DNA from: Candidatus Woesearchaeota archaeon
Lineage (GTDB): Archaea > Nanobdellota > Nanobdellia > Pacearchaeales > GW2011-AR1
Length of the DNA stretch: 64,000 nucleotides
Assembly: GCA_964490795.1 (NCBI GenBank)
Contig: CAZBDY010000001.1
Span: forward strand, 24,806-88,805
Direction: 5' to 3'
Under the pieces are notes generated by a model. The model saw only the letters and a program-made list of their open reading frames with translations, ran no database searches and was not told the DNA's origin. Of the stretch, positions 10,085 through 20,879 are shown piece after piece. Position 1 is the first letter of the stretch. Each line of letters starts with the position of its first letter. The translations under genes were made by a program, and so were the position numbers.

Positions 10085-11353
10085 ATGTTAAAGTTTAAAT
10101 ACCTCCGACACAAAGAAACAATACATAATTTTATTTGGAGAGCTTTGCAAATAGGGGCAAAACAAGGAACTACTTTTCTAATTTTCTTCATGTCTGCATA
10201 TTTTCTTTCTCCTGAAAGATTTGGATTGTTCAGTTACTTGATGACACTTGTTGCCTTTTTTATTATTTTTTGCGATTTTGGACTTTCAACAGCAACATCA
10301 AAATATGTTGCAGAGTATAAAGCAAACAAATCCGAAAGTTTGAATAAAATTTTATTTTCTGTTTCTATAATAATTATTAGTTTGGCCACTCTAATCTCTT
10401 TATTTTTAATCTTTTTTGGAGGATATCTCTTTGGAGAACATAAACTTTTATTATATTTTATTCCATATCTCTTTCTTTTCCCCCTAACAAGTGTTTTAGA
10501 TGGAGTTTATAGGGGATCGAAGGAATTTAAGAAGTTATCTATAATAACTTTGGTTGTGGGGGCTCTCTCATTAATAGCTTCATATTTTTTGATAAAAAAT
10601 TATTTTTTAATTGGAGCAATTATTTCTCAAAATTTGCTGTTCTTACTCTTGGTTATCTCTTTATTTTCATTTAGAAAAGAATCTAAGTTTTCAATAGATA
10701 ACCCAATTTTAAAGAAAATTGGGAAGTATGCTTTAATAATTGGGGTTATTAATGCTATGTTCTTCTTATATACTAAGGCAGATATTTTAATTTTAAAGTA
10801 TTTTGGATATATTATAGAAATAGGGTATTATGAAATCATTAACAAGGTATTTATGTTAATCATTGTTCCATCAATGTTATTAGGACAAGTAATTGCTCCA
10901 AATATAACAAAACACTACACCTTAAAGAAATTTGCTTTAGTAAGGAAAAAGTTTCTAAAACATGTTTTTATTATATTTATTTTCTCCTTGATTTTGGTTG
11001 GAATTTTGTATTTTGTGTTTCCACCATTAATTAAATTATTTTTAAGTAAATATTTTACGAAAGAAACTCTCTTAATGTTTAATTTATTACTTATTGTTTT
11101 ACCCTTGAAATTGGTAGCGTCGATAGTTAATCACGGCCATACAGTCCCAACAGGAAATGCCCATTTTTCAATGTGGACCATGATTCCGGCAGGAATAGCT
11201 AATATAATCCTTGACTTTTGGTTTATTTCACTTTTTGGATTTATTGGGGTAATTTATGCAACTTTAATTTGTTATACATTTGCAACAACTTCTTTTATGA
11301 TTCTCTATTATTTTAAATTAAATAGATTATTAAAAAATGAAACAAAAAAATAA
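10085..11353 (+). CDS. Oligosaccharide flippase (Wzx/MOP family)
   Basis: About 12 TMs, DFGLSTATSKYVA, located among glycosyltransferases. Confidence 0.88.
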   Translation: MLKFKYLRHKETIHNFIWRALQIGAKQGTTFLIFFMSAYFLSPERFGLFSYLMTLVAFFIIFCDFGLSTATSKYVAEYKANKSESLNKILFSVSIIIISLATLISLFLIFFGGYLFGEHKLLLYFIPYLFLFPLTSVLDGVYRGSKEFKKLSIITLVVGALSLIASYFLIKNYFLIGAIISQNLLFLLLVISLFSFRKESKFSIDNPILKKIGKYALIIGVINAMFFLYTKADILILKYFGYIIEIGYYEIINKVFMLIIVPSMLLGQVIAPNITKHYTLKKFALVRKKFLKHVFIIFIFSLILVGILYFVFPPLIKLFLSKYFTKETLLMFNLLLIVLPLKLVASIVNHGHTVPTGNAHFSMWTMIPAGIANIILDFWFISLFGFIGVIYATLICYTFATTSFMILYYFKLNRLLKNETKK

Positions 11354-12044
11354 ACCAGCAATATCAGTAGTAATGTCCACATACAATGAACCCTTAAAAT
11401 GGATAACTGAAAGCATAGATTCAATTCTTAATCAAACTTTTTTAGACTTCGAATTTATAATCCTTAATGATAATCCCAAAAGAAAAGAACTTGAGGGGTT
11501 TTTAGAGAAATACAAGAAGAAAGATAAAAGAATAAAGATAATTACAAATCCAAAAAATATTGGATTAACAAAATCCTTAAACAAGGGCCTTAGAATTGCA
11601 AAGGGTGAATATATCGCAAGAATGGATGCAGATGACATCTCTTTGCCCCAAAGATTTCAAATACAATATAATTATTTAGAAAAACATAAAGATATTTTTT
11701 TATGTTCCACTTGTGCATTTAACATAAATGAAAAAGGAGAGAGGATTAGTCGTCACTATATTTATCCTTTTCCTAAAATAATTACTTGGAGATTAAAGAA
11801 AAAAAATTGTTTGTATCATCCAACTATTATGTTTAGAAATGAAAAAAATAATTTTTATAATGAGAACCTAATGTATTCGCAAGATTATGGTTTTTATTTG
11901 TCCTTAATTAAAAAAGGAAAAAAGTTAATAGGGATCCCAAGATTTCTTTTGAAATATAGGGTAAGTAACTTATCAATCACTGGAGATAAAAAAGAAGAAC
12001 AAAATTATTTTGCTAAACTAACTAAAAAAACTTATCTCGATTAA
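11337..12044 (+). CDS. GT2 glycosyltransferase
   Basis: SVVMSTYNE, YIARMDADDIS. Confidence 0.92.
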   Translation: MKQKNKPAISVVMSTYNEPLKWITESIDSILNQTFLDFEFIILNDNPKRKELEGFLEKYKKKDKRIKIITNPKNIGLTKSLNKGLRIAKGEYIARMDADDISLPQRFQIQYNYLEKHKDIFLCSTCAFNINEKGERISRHYIYPFPKIITWRLKKKNCLYHPTIMFRNEKNNFYNENLMYSQDYGFYLSLIKKGKKLIGIPRFLLKYRVSNLSITGDKKEEQNYFAKLTKKTYLD

Positions 12045-14218
12045 TCCCCCCATAAATATATCTTAAAATCATTGATTTCTTTAATAAACTCAAATTTTTT
12101 ACCATATAAATAAAAATCTTCTAATTTTAATTGGTGAGTACATTTAAGGGATTCATCAGAAATGCAATAATGTTTAGTAACAAAATATCCTTCCATCGAA
12201 ATTTCAGTTGCTTTAACTAACTCATGAATATTGAAATATGAAGACTCAACAAACATATTTCTTCCAACATCATACCTTACTCCATTTTCTCTTAATAAGA
12301 ATCTTTTATCATCTATGGGATAATCTAACAAAAAAATAAATTCAGGATACTTGCCACCAAAAATCCAAGGAGTTTCGGAATCCCATTCTAAGTCATTTTT
12401 AATAAAATCAACAACCCCATACATATTAAACCTTCCAGTACCAATATTATCAATTTGTAAATTAGATATATCTTCTTTTTCATAAGCTTTTATTGGGTTA
12501 AGGGCATAATAAAATGAAGTAAGATTAAGAAATAATAAAATAATAATTAAAATTGAAAATAATTTCTGAACTTTTATTTTTTTATAATGTTGAAAAACGT
12601 AAATTAATGACATAGCAAGAATAATACAATAAATTGGAAAGAGAAAATAAATGTATCTTGTAGGGTTATAATCTATATGACTTTGATATTTAACTAAATA
12701 AAGGCATAGCCCAAAAAAGAATGAAGAATAAAATATATTTATTATGTTATTTTTCTTATCTTTTAAAAAATTAAACAACAAAGGGATTAAAAAAAGAGAA
12801 AAAATCAATAAAGTCGAAATTAAGTTATTATGAAACCATTGCCAAGGAGATTCTATCAAGGGATTAAAAAATACATCAAAATAAAATTTATCAAATGAAT
12901 AGCCCCTTACAAAAGGAAAATATTTTATAAAATAAATAGAAATAGCCCCAGCCACTAAAATAGTTAGGAAATATGTTTTTTTCAAGAAAGTAAGAGATTT
13001 TGAATTTCTTTTTAAACAATTTTTTAGAAAACCATAAAGAATAAAAATCCCTGTTACGAATGGAAAAATTATTACGATGAGTGTTTGTATTCTTCCATTA
13101 AAGCTGTTTAAAATATAAACAGAGATAGTTAAAATAAACAACCCAGTTAAACAATAAATGTTTTTTTTAATTTCCCCTTCTTTAGCTTTTTGATAAAGAT
13201 AAATAGAAAAATAAAGAATAATAACTCCTGCCATACAATCAAAAGAATAATCTCTAGTTACTTTTGATAAAATTATTGACCAAGGAGAAACGGCAAATAA
13301 AAGCATACTTAATAATGCAACTTTTTTATTTATGAATTTGGCAATAAAATAAATAAAGATTATTGTAATCAGACTATATAGTATGAAAGGCAATTTTAAT
13401 GCTCCAAAATTAAAACCAAAGATCTTTACAGATAGCAACATTAATTGAGTGCTTATTATAGAATACTTGTAGAAAGAATGTCCATTTTCATACAATGCTT
13501 TTACTGCGACATCATTATAATTGTCGCTTCCATCAATATAATCCAAAGAGTACAATCTTACTCCTAAAAAGAGAATTATCAATAAAATAAATAAGACACT
13601 ATACCACCACCCCTCCCCATACCCCCACTTAACAAAACTATATGGAAGCCTTGCAACCCAAATAAAAGGGCTGATTAAAATTCTTAAAATCCAGATAAAA
13701 TATCTTTTATTTTTCCAGGCATCTTTTATTTTATATTTAAAATTAAAAAACTTTAATCTAGGAAACTTATCATCAAACTCATTAAATCTCTTTTTCTCTG
13801 CTTTCTCCTCATTTTCTGTTTCTTCCTCAACCTCTTTCTCAACCTTGTTTCTATAAGCATAAAAAGCAAGAAAACCAAAAGCAATACTTAATGCAGTTAT
13901 TTCTGGAAGAAAATCAATTATAATCTGTCTTTTCAAAAACTGGTTTAAAGTAATTATAACTAATGATAAGATAAAAAAATGACTAAAATAATAAATCATC
14001 TTTGAATCTTTTCTTTTATTTTCAGGAATTTCTTTTATTTTTAAAGCAAGAAAAATTGTATTAATAGCAACAATAAAAAAGAAAATATAATTTAGATTAT
14101 TACTCCAAAACAAAGGCAAGAAGTTAAGAAAATTAAATAAAATTAATAAAACAAATAAAATATCTATTCCTATTGTTAAATGTTTTAAAATTTTATAATG
14201 TTTTAAATTTAGTTTCAT
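12041..14218 (-). CDS. GT-C fold membrane glycosyltransferase (PMT/ArnT-like)
   Basis: Multi-TM; LFAVSPWSIILSKVTRDY and RYIYFLFP patterns. Confidence 0.7.
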   Translation of the reverse strand: MKLNLKHYKILKHLTIGIDILFVLLILFNFLNFLPLFWSNNLNYIFFFIVAINTIFLALKIKEIPENKRKDSKMIYYFSHFFILSLVIITLNQFLKRQIIIDFLPEITALSIAFGFLAFYAYRNKVEKEVEEETENEEKAEKKRFNEFDDKFPRLKFFNFKYKIKDAWKNKRYFIWILRILISPFIWVARLPYSFVKWGYGEGWWYSVLFILLIILFLGVRLYSLDYIDGSDNYNDVAVKALYENGHSFYKYSIISTQLMLLSVKIFGFNFGALKLPFILYSLITIIFIYFIAKFINKKVALLSMLLFAVSPWSIILSKVTRDYSFDCMAGVIILYFSIYLYQKAKEGEIKKNIYCLTGLFILTISVYILNSFNGRIQTLIVIIFPFVTGIFILYGFLKNCLKRNSKSLTFLKKTYFLTILVAGAISIYFIKYFPFVRGYSFDKFYFDVFFNPLIESPWQWFHNNLISTLLIFSLFLIPLLFNFLKDKKNNIINIFYSSFFFGLCLYLVKYQSHIDYNPTRYIYFLFPIYCIILAMSLIYVFQHYKKIKVQKLFSILIIILLFLNLTSFYYALNPIKAYEKEDISNLQIDNIGTGRFNMYGVVDFIKNDLEWDSETPWIFGGKYPEFIFLLDYPIDDKRFLLRENGVRYDVGRNMFVESSYFNIHELVKATEISMEGYFVTKHYCISDESLKCTHQLKLEDFYLYGKKFEFIKEINDFKIYLWGD

Positions 14219-15707
14219 CTTCTTTTAATATTAATTTAATTTCTTTAAAATATACTCTTAACTTATCTAATACCTGTATTTTGTATTTGTTTTTTCTATC
14301 TATAGTTATTTTCCCATTATAAGTAAATTTTCCATTTTCAATATCAAGTTTATTTTTATCAATAATAATTACATCAGAATCAATTAGTTTTTTATCACTT
14401 TCTTTTGGAAAATAAAACCAGTTTTCTTTTGATGGAGAGATTATATTTGAGTACACATTAACCATCCCTTCATTAATTTCAAAATTATACTCTCCTTTTT
14501 CTAATTCTTGTTCATATCTTTTACTTTTCCAATCTTCATCTAAATCAATTGTTTCTGTTTTTGTTCCTGTCTGTCTTATTTTCTGCTGTTTACTTTCCCA
14601 CCAATAATTAAATCCTATTTCTTGTTTAGAATTAACTTTAACATAAAAATCAAATTCATTTAAAGGCAAGATTTTATCTAAAATCAAAATCTTATTAGAA
14701 TTAATTTCTATATCTTTAATAGAAGAATCAGAAGCCTTATTATAATCATCTTTTATAAATTCAATATAATAAATATTCCTGTCAAGATTATTTAAAGTGA
14801 TTTCAAAATCCTGTTCATCTCCTTCTTCTCCTGTATCTTTTTTTATTCCATCATCTTCAAATACTTTATTATAAACTTCTTCTCCTTGGTAATTTGTTAT
14901 TTTAACATTATATTCATCTTTTCCCACATACCAGTTTAAATCCTGTTTTGTAAATTCTATATTTAAATTTCCATAAACATAAACAGCTAATTTTAAATTA
15001 TCCCTAAATTGTGTGTCAATTCTTGTTGTTGTTTTTTTATAATCTTGAATTATTGGAATTCCCCCTTTTAATTCAGCAAAACTATAAATTGAATTTCCAG
15101 GAAAATTATTATAAACAAAACTTTTAGCATTATCTGATTCTTGATATGAAGATTTTGTTAACTCTTTCTTAATCCAGATTTCTTCATCTTCAAACCCCTT
15201 TATTTTTTCATAATTTTTTAAATTCGGAATTATCAAATTATCATTAAAATAAATATCAGTTTCAGGTTTTATTACTGATAACTGAAAAATAGCAGAAATA
15301 TTTTCTGAAACAACTTTTTTAGGATTAAAAACAATATTAAATGGACCTTCTGATATAATCAATCTAACTGTCTCATTATTAATCTTAGTTTTTCCACCCA
15401 AAACATCTTTATCCATATATAAGCCTTTTAATTCATTTTCCATACTTAAATCAGAAGCAGATAAAGTATAAACTCCTGAAGTATTTACAGGGTTATTTGG
15501 CAACAAATTAGCAATTAAGAAATACCCCGCAATAATAAAAATAGCGAGATATAAGAAAATTACCACATACTGCTCTGGTTTTAACTCTTTTACTATTTGT
15601 TTAATGCTTCTTTTTTTCTTTTTTTCCCTGAATTTAAATATAATTATAAATAATAAGAAGATTTCTAATATCATTAATACCAGCAACATAGCTATTAATA
15701 GGTTCAT
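14193..15707 (-). CDS. Membrane-anchored extracellular hypothetical protein
   Basis: 504-aa ORF, two N-terminal TMs, overlaps the next gene. Confidence 0.7.
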   Translation of the reverse strand: MNLLIAMLLVLMILEIFLLFIIIFKFREKKKKRSIKQIVKELKPEQYVVIFLYLAIFIIAGYFLIANLLPNNPVNTSGVYTLSASDLSMENELKGLYMDKDVLGGKTKINNETVRLIISEGPFNIVFNPKKVVSENISAIFQLSVIKPETDIYFNDNLIIPNLKNYEKIKGFEDEEIWIKKELTKSSYQESDNAKSFVYNNFPGNSIYSFAELKGGIPIIQDYKKTTTRIDTQFRDNLKLAVYVYGNLNIEFTKQDLNWYVGKDEYNVKITNYQGEEVYNKVFEDDGIKKDTGEEGDEQDFEITLNNLDRNIYYIEFIKDDYNKASDSSIKDIEINSNKILILDKILPLNEFDFYVKVNSKQEIGFNYWWESKQQKIRQTGTKTETIDLDEDWKSKRYEQELEKGEYNFEINEGMVNVYSNIISPSKENWFYFPKESDKKLIDSDVIIIDKNKLDIENGKFTYNGKITIDRKNKYKIQVLDKLRVYFKEIKLILKEDETKFKTL

Positions 15708-15820
15708 TTTGTTACTATTATTAAATAACTAATAGGTTTTTAAGTTTTGTGATTTTTGTTTTTATTTTTCTGCATAAAAAAGTTTATAAACATAATAAGT
15801 TTAACATAATAAGGGATAAA

Positions 15821-16156
15821 ATGAAACACAAATTACATTATGATAGGGATTATGATAATCTGATTATTTCTAGAAAAAGAGATAACGAAAGGGTGAAGGG
15901 AAATTTTGAACTTGGAGAAGATATAGTGATAAGTGTCACTGGAAATGGAAAAATAGTGGGAATTGAATTAAGAGATGCTTCAGGGTTTTTACAAGAATTA
16001 GGAATCAATCCGAAAATTTTGGAACAAATAAAATCAGGAGAATTAATAATTGAACCAAAAAGAAACGCTCTTTTTATCTCATTTAAACTTTATCTAAAAC
16101 CAAAAAAAGAACAAAAAATCCCAATAGCACAGATTCCCTCTAAATCAATTAATTAA
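15821..16156 (+). CDS. DUF2283-like protein (putative antitoxin)
   Basis: YDRDYDNLII...GKIVGIELRDAS pattern. Confidence 0.75.
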   Translation: MKHKLHYDRDYDNLIISRKRDNERVKGNFELGEDIVISVTGNGKIVGIELRDASGFLQELGINPKILEQIKSGELIIEPKRNALFISFKLYLKPKKEQKIPIAQIPSKSIN

Positions 16157-16518
16157 GCCGTGTATTTTTTGTATCTTTTTACTATAGATTTAATTAATCT
16201 TTGTAAATTCTTTCTAATTAGATAAGCATTTATAAGTACAGGAGGATTTTTATTAATATCAATTGCATATAGAATTGCTTGTCCTTTGTCTGTTCTGTAA
16301 TAAATATCATAATTCTCCTTTTTGCCTTTTCTCAAACATACAAATTCAATTCTTTCAAATTGCGAATAATATTTTTTCAGTAATTTTTCATCAGTATTTT
16401 TTTCTAATAAGGAATATTTATAATGATCTGTTTTACTTAATTTATCAAAAGAACATTTTTTCAGAATTTTTTTAATCTCCTTTATTTTATTGTTATCCAG
16501 AGGAATAATTTCTCCCAT
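16153..16518 (-). CDS. Hypothetical protein, possibly DUF4258/RelE-like toxin
   Basis: 121 aa, basic; TDHY...YDIYY...VLINAY; convergent overlap with the DUF2283 gene. Confidence 0.45.
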   Translation of the reverse strand: MGEIIPLDNNKIKEIKKILKKCSFDKLSKTDHYKYSLLEKNTDEKLLKKYYSQFERIEFVCLRKGKKENYDIYYRTDKGQAILYAIDINKNPPVLINAYLIRKNLQRLIKSIVKRYKKYTA

Positions 16519-16551
16519 TGATTTTCAAAAGAAAAAGCCATTTATAAAATT

Positions 16552-17514
16552 TTATTTCTCAACCCATTTATAACTCAATTTCCAGAAAATAGCAAAATAA
16601 ATTAAAAACAATACTGCAGAAGCATTAGTATGAAATGTTTGTAATGCAAAATTTCTGGAAATATAACTACCTATTAATATTAAAATAAAAACCCTTAATA
16701 TATTTAAGAAAAAAGCACCAATAACTCCAGGAATAAATAAATAAGCCATTTTCTTTTTATTTAGCTTTTTGTAATCCCAAGCCAATATAGCTAAAAACAA
16801 ACCAGTGAAAATAAAAACAGAATCAATTCCAGAGCAGGTTTTAGCTATTTTTACTGTAAAATCTTTAAACATTAGAATAGGAAGATTTCCAGAAAAATTA
16901 AGATTAGAATTTCCAATTAAACTTAATAAAAAGTGAACAGAACTTGCTACAAAATTGCTAAAATAAGGCCATAAATTCTGAAATTGTCTTATTAGAATAT
17001 AAACAAATATTGTTCCAATTAAAACAAATATCAGCCCTTTCTTATATTCTTTAACAAAATCTTTAACAAAATTAAATCCAAAAACAAAAACAAGAAGAAA
17101 AAACAAAATAACAAACAAAATCAAATACTCAATTGAAGTAAAAATATAAAGAAAATCCTTAACAACTTCGATATTTGCAACCATATATGTCTTATATTGA
17201 AAATACAAAGGAAATAATCCAATTATAATAATACCAGAAATGACTCTCTGCCATAATTTAACAGAGTATTTTTTAATTTTAAGCAGCTTTTTTTTATTTA
17301 AAGCCAAAAATATAATAATCATAAAAAAAGCAGATTGAGCCAAATCATCCATAGCAAGAGGTTTTATCTCTCCTGGAAGAAAGGTTTCTGAAGCCCACCC
17401 CATTGTTATAAGTTGAGTAAGAATAAACAAAAATATAAAAATAACAGATTTAATTAAAAAATCCTTAAATCCTTTTGGAATCTTGTTTTTCTCTCTGTTC
17501 ATAAAATAAATCAA
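16552..17514 (-). CDS. Archaeosortase/exosortase family protein
   Basis: Multi-TM; IAKTCSGIDS (catalytic Cys), NILRV (Arg), TFH (His). Confidence 0.88.
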   Translation of the reverse strand: MIYFMNREKNKIPKGFKDFLIKSVIFIFLFILTQLITMGWASETFLPGEIKPLAMDDLAQSAFFMIIIFLALNKKKLLKIKKYSVKLWQRVISGIIIIGLFPLYFQYKTYMVANIEVVKDFLYIFTSIEYLILFVILFFLLVFVFGFNFVKDFVKEYKKGLIFVLIGTIFVYILIRQFQNLWPYFSNFVASSVHFLLSLIGNSNLNFSGNLPILMFKDFTVKIAKTCSGIDSVFIFTGLFLAILAWDYKKLNKKKMAYLFIPGVIGAFFLNILRVFILILIGSYISRNFALQTFHTNASAVLFLIYFAIFWKLSYKWVEK

Positions 17515-17545
17515 GATTATTTGTATTTAAAGTTATTGCTGTTCT

Positions 17546-17959
17546 TTATTTCCTTCTTATTAAAAAGAAAATTCCTAAACCTGCAATTGCTGTAATTACT
17601 CCCATATATAAGCCGAATTCTGGAATTATAACATTAACTATTGCTACATCCCAATCATCAACAACATTGTCTATAATTGTTCCGGTTTTACTGCCACTCA
17701 TATCCTCTTTTTCAGCATAAACACTTAAGCTATCACCAGAATTACAATCAAATTCAGAATATGTAACTGCATAATCTCCTTCACTATTACTTGTGGTTTC
17801 TTGGACATTACTATCACAAGTAACTTCTACATCAGCGCCACTAATAAGATTACCATCACCATCATAGATTTTTCCTGCAATCATTGTACTAGCACTCACT
17901 AAACTTAAACTAGAAATCACAAACAATCCCAAAATCATTAAACTTAGTATTTTTTTCAT
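17546..17959 (-). CDS. PEF(G)-CTERM sorted surface protein (carboxypeptidase-regulatory/Ig-like domain)
   Basis: Signal peptide; C-terminal IPEFG + TM helix + RRK. Confidence 0.88.
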   Translation of the reverse strand: MKKILSLMILGLFVISSLSLVSASTMIAGKIYDGDGNLISGADVEVTCDSNVQETTSNSEGDYAVTYSEFDCNSGDSLSVYAEKEDMSGSKTGTIIDNVVDDWDVAIVNVIIPEFGLYMGVITAIAGLGIFFLIRRK

Positions 17960-18058
17960 ACATAACTTACAAATTACTACTTTAAAAAGATTGTTGTTAT
18001 ATGAGATATAAATTATTTTACTACCTAAGATTAGTTAATTAAAAAGAATTTAATATTT

Positions 18059-19468
18059 TTATTCACAATAATAAATTCTCATATCAATATTCTCATATTG
18101 TATAGAGCAATTCTTAATAATTTTATTGAAATTTTTCATTTGTTCTGGCTTTAATTTAGCTAATGAATAATAATCTGCAATAACATAATACTTGTTAACT
18201 GAGTGAGGCAAATCCTGTTTTTTTCTTATTATTCTAGCTCCAGAGTAAACATCTACTGTTTTGTTATCAGGATTTTGATAAGAAACACTGTCTTGTATTC
18301 TTCCAGTCATAGAAAAATCAAACACATAATCCGGCTTTTTAATATACCACTCAACATTAGGAGAAAACAAAGAGAGAAGAATATTTTCTTTCATATCTTT
18401 AATTAATACTTGAGGAATACTCTTAAAGTCAATTTCAGGAGCAGAATAATCATTATAATTATAATCTATTGGCAAAATTACATTAACATAAGTATAAGGG
18501 AAGATTAAATTAGAAGGAACTATTAATAATGCAAGAAGAGATATCAACATAATCTTTCCATATCTCTCATACAAAAAAGAAATCAATAGAGAAGAATAAA
18601 GAACTAAAGGGAATACAAAAAAATAACTATATCTTAAAGCAAACATATTAAGAAACACTATGCCAATTAAAAGAACAAACGAAGGAACAATTATAAGGAA
18701 AGATAATCTTTTTTTCTTTAAAAAACTCCAAATCAATCCAGGAATAAAAAGAACAAATAAATATTTAATATTACTTACATAAGAAAAATATTTACTAGCA
18801 AAATTAACTGCACTAGAAGCAGATTTTGAAGACAACCCAAGTAAAGATATGAACTTATAAACTAAAGGAATAGCAGGAATAATTGAAAGATATTTTTTCC
18901 ATTTTTTATTATAAATTAAGATATGAAGAATAAAGAAAGGAGCCAAAACTAATCCTGCTATTTGTGTATTTATTGTTATGAAAAACGAGATTAAAGATAC
19001 ATAAAGCCATTTGGGATTATCTTTTGATTTATACAAAAGATATAATGAAAGGAAAAATAACAACTGGAAAAACTGATAAAACCTCGCTTGTCTGGAATAA
19101 AAAACCTCAAGATAAAAAACAGCTGTAAATAGGGCTACAATAATCCCTCCAGGTTTGGAATACTCTTTCCCAATAAAGTAAGCAAGAACAATTGTTAATA
19201 AACCAAAAATAACAGACACAAACCTAGCTAAAAAATCTGTTTCTCCAAATAATAAGAAAAAAGCCTGTAAATAATGAAAAAGGTAAGCCCTTCCGTAAAA
19301 TAATCCTGAATCAAAAATAGGTAAACCTTTATCTAAAATATTTAAACTTGTAATACTAGAAATACTTTCATCTATCCAAAAATTAGGAGATCCTAAAGCA
19401 TAAACTCTTATAAAAAGCGCAAAAAATAATATGAGTATTAATAAGATTATCTCTATTCGTTTTTTCAT
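18059..19468 (-). CDS. GT-C membrane glycosyltransferase (GT39/PMT-like)
   Basis: FWIDESIS, ARFVSVIFG, YSRQARFY. Confidence 0.85.
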   Translation of the reverse strand: MKKRIEIILLILILFFALFIRVYALGSPNFWIDESISSITSLNILDKGLPIFDSGLFYGRAYLFHYLQAFFLLFGETDFLARFVSVIFGLLTIVLAYFIGKEYSKPGGIIVALFTAVFYLEVFYSRQARFYQFFQLLFFLSLYLLYKSKDNPKWLYVSLISFFITINTQIAGLVLAPFFILHILIYNKKWKKYLSIIPAIPLVYKFISLLGLSSKSASSAVNFASKYFSYVSNIKYLFVLFIPGLIWSFLKKKRLSFLIIVPSFVLLIGIVFLNMFALRYSYFFVFPLVLYSSLLISFLYERYGKIMLISLLALLIVPSNLIFPYTYVNVILPIDYNYNDYSAPEIDFKSIPQVLIKDMKENILLSLFSPNVEWYIKKPDYVFDFSMTGRIQDSVSYQNPDNKTVDVYSGARIIRKKQDLPHSVNKYYVIADYYSLAKLKPEQMKNFNKIIKNCSIQYENIDMRIYYCE

Positions 19469-19542
19469 ATCAAAATCAAGTTTTTAATCTTTTAAAACAT
19501 AACGAAAACACTTGTCAAAAGAAACCACTTTTTTCTACTTCT

Positions 19543-20223
19543 CTACTTTTTAGTTTTCTGAACTACTTCTTCTGTCTCTTCTTCAACAGCCCTTTCTTCT
19601 TCACTTGAAAAAAAATCAATAATTAAAAACAAGAACCTCATGAAAATTTCTAAACCAGCAATAAAAACAAGATAAATTAAAATATGATTAAACAAACTAG
19701 GAATTTCAGAAAATCTAGTAATCAATTTAGCTATAGAAAAAAATTCAGGGTTTAATAAAAAAATAGCTAAAACAGTAAAAGGAAACATTTTAGCTAAATC
19801 TTTTGATAAACTAGTAGAGTAATAAGCAGAGATTCTTGTGGCAGCCACTATAGCCCCTGTAATTAGTAAAATATGGCTTACAGACCTTGATTCAGATAAT
19901 ATTAATAAGAAAATTGCTAATATAGAAAACCAAAAAAATACAAGAATAGGCATTACAATAACATATTCTAATAAAAATAATAAAGATGCAATAAATTTAT
20001 TCCATATAGGATGTTCTGTCTTATTATAACCTCCTAAATTCATTTTAATTATATTTTTCCTAGCTAAAAACTTGTAAAATTTCCATATAAAAATAGCATA
20101 AACAGCAATAATAACAGTATATAATATTAATACAACTAAGGGTTTATATGTTTCAGGAATTTGTTGAGTAAAAGATGTAGAAATTCCTGTCAAAGTTTCA
20201 TTTATAATATTACCAGCATCCAT
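19543..20223 (-). CDS. Hypothetical membrane protein
   Basis: 226-aa multi-TM ORF with RBS-like GAGG upstream. Confidence 0.75.
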   Translation of the reverse strand: MDAGNIINETLTGISTSFTQQIPETYKPLVVLILYTVIIAVYAIFIWKFYKFLARKNIIKMNLGGYNKTEHPIWNKFIASLLFLLEYVIVMPILVFFWFSILAIFLLILSESRSVSHILLITGAIVAATRISAYYSTSLSKDLAKMFPFTVLAIFLLNPEFFSIAKLITRFSEIPSLFNHILIYLVFIAGLEIFMRFLFLIIDFFSSEEERAVEEETEEVVQKTKK

Positions 20224-20291
20224 TTTTCCTCTTTATTTCCTCTTTTATTTGTTATCTTATGCTTTTTCTTATTTATATATCTTTTTATATA

Positions 20292-20344
20292 ACATTTAAA
20301 AATGCGGGAAGTATCAAGAGCACATTTAAAAATGCGGGAGAAAG
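20292..20344. repeat. Partial duplications of the tRNA-Leu 3' end
   Basis: ACATTTAAAAATGCGGGA at 20292 and 20322; ATGCGGGAGAAAG at 20332-20344 equals 20426-20438. Confidence 0.8.
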
Positions 20345-20426
20345 TCCTTAACAATCAAAGATTCTTGGGAACTTAAACTCTTGCAAGTTTAAGTGATTCT
20401 CACCTTACAGGTTCGAATTTAATTTA

Positions 20427-20510
20427 TGCGGGAGAAAGGATTCGAACCTTCGTAGGCACTAAGCCACAGGATCTTAAGTCCTGCCCGTTTGACCGCTCCG
20501 GCACTCCCGC
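20427..20510 (-). tRNA. tRNA-Leu(TAA)
   Basis: GCGGGAG acceptor stem, CAGGA-CTTAAGA-TCCTG anticodon arm, long variable arm, GGTTCGAATCC; CCA not encoded. Confidence 0.97.
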
Positions 20511-20663
20511 CCAATATTTTGACAAGTGATTATTAGTTTATATTATTTTCGAGTCAAGATATGAACATATTTTTTAAATTAAATAAAGACTTATAAAACT
20601 TTTGAAAGTGGATTTGATTTTTAAAAAGAAAAATTTTAAAAACTATAAATTCAAAATAAAATT

Positions 20664-20879
20664 ATGGGAGCAAAAGAATTACAAGAGAGGATGGAAGAAA
20701 TTCAGAAAAACAATTCTTTTGAAGGAGCTTTTTCTAAACTTGTTTCAGGAGGAAAAGCAGGATATAAAGCAGCAATTGAAAAACCAAGAGAATTTAATAA
20801 GTGTAAGGAATGTGGAAATATCTTATCTGGGCAAGAAAAATTCTGTCCTGAATGCGGATTTAAGGTTAATCAGGATTAA
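20664..20879 (+). CDS. Zinc-ribbon protein
   Basis: CKECG...KFCPECG. Confidence 0.8.
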   Translation: MGAKELQERMEEIQKNNSFEGAFSKLVSGGKAGYKAAIEKPREFNKCKECGNILSGQEKFCPECGFKVNQD

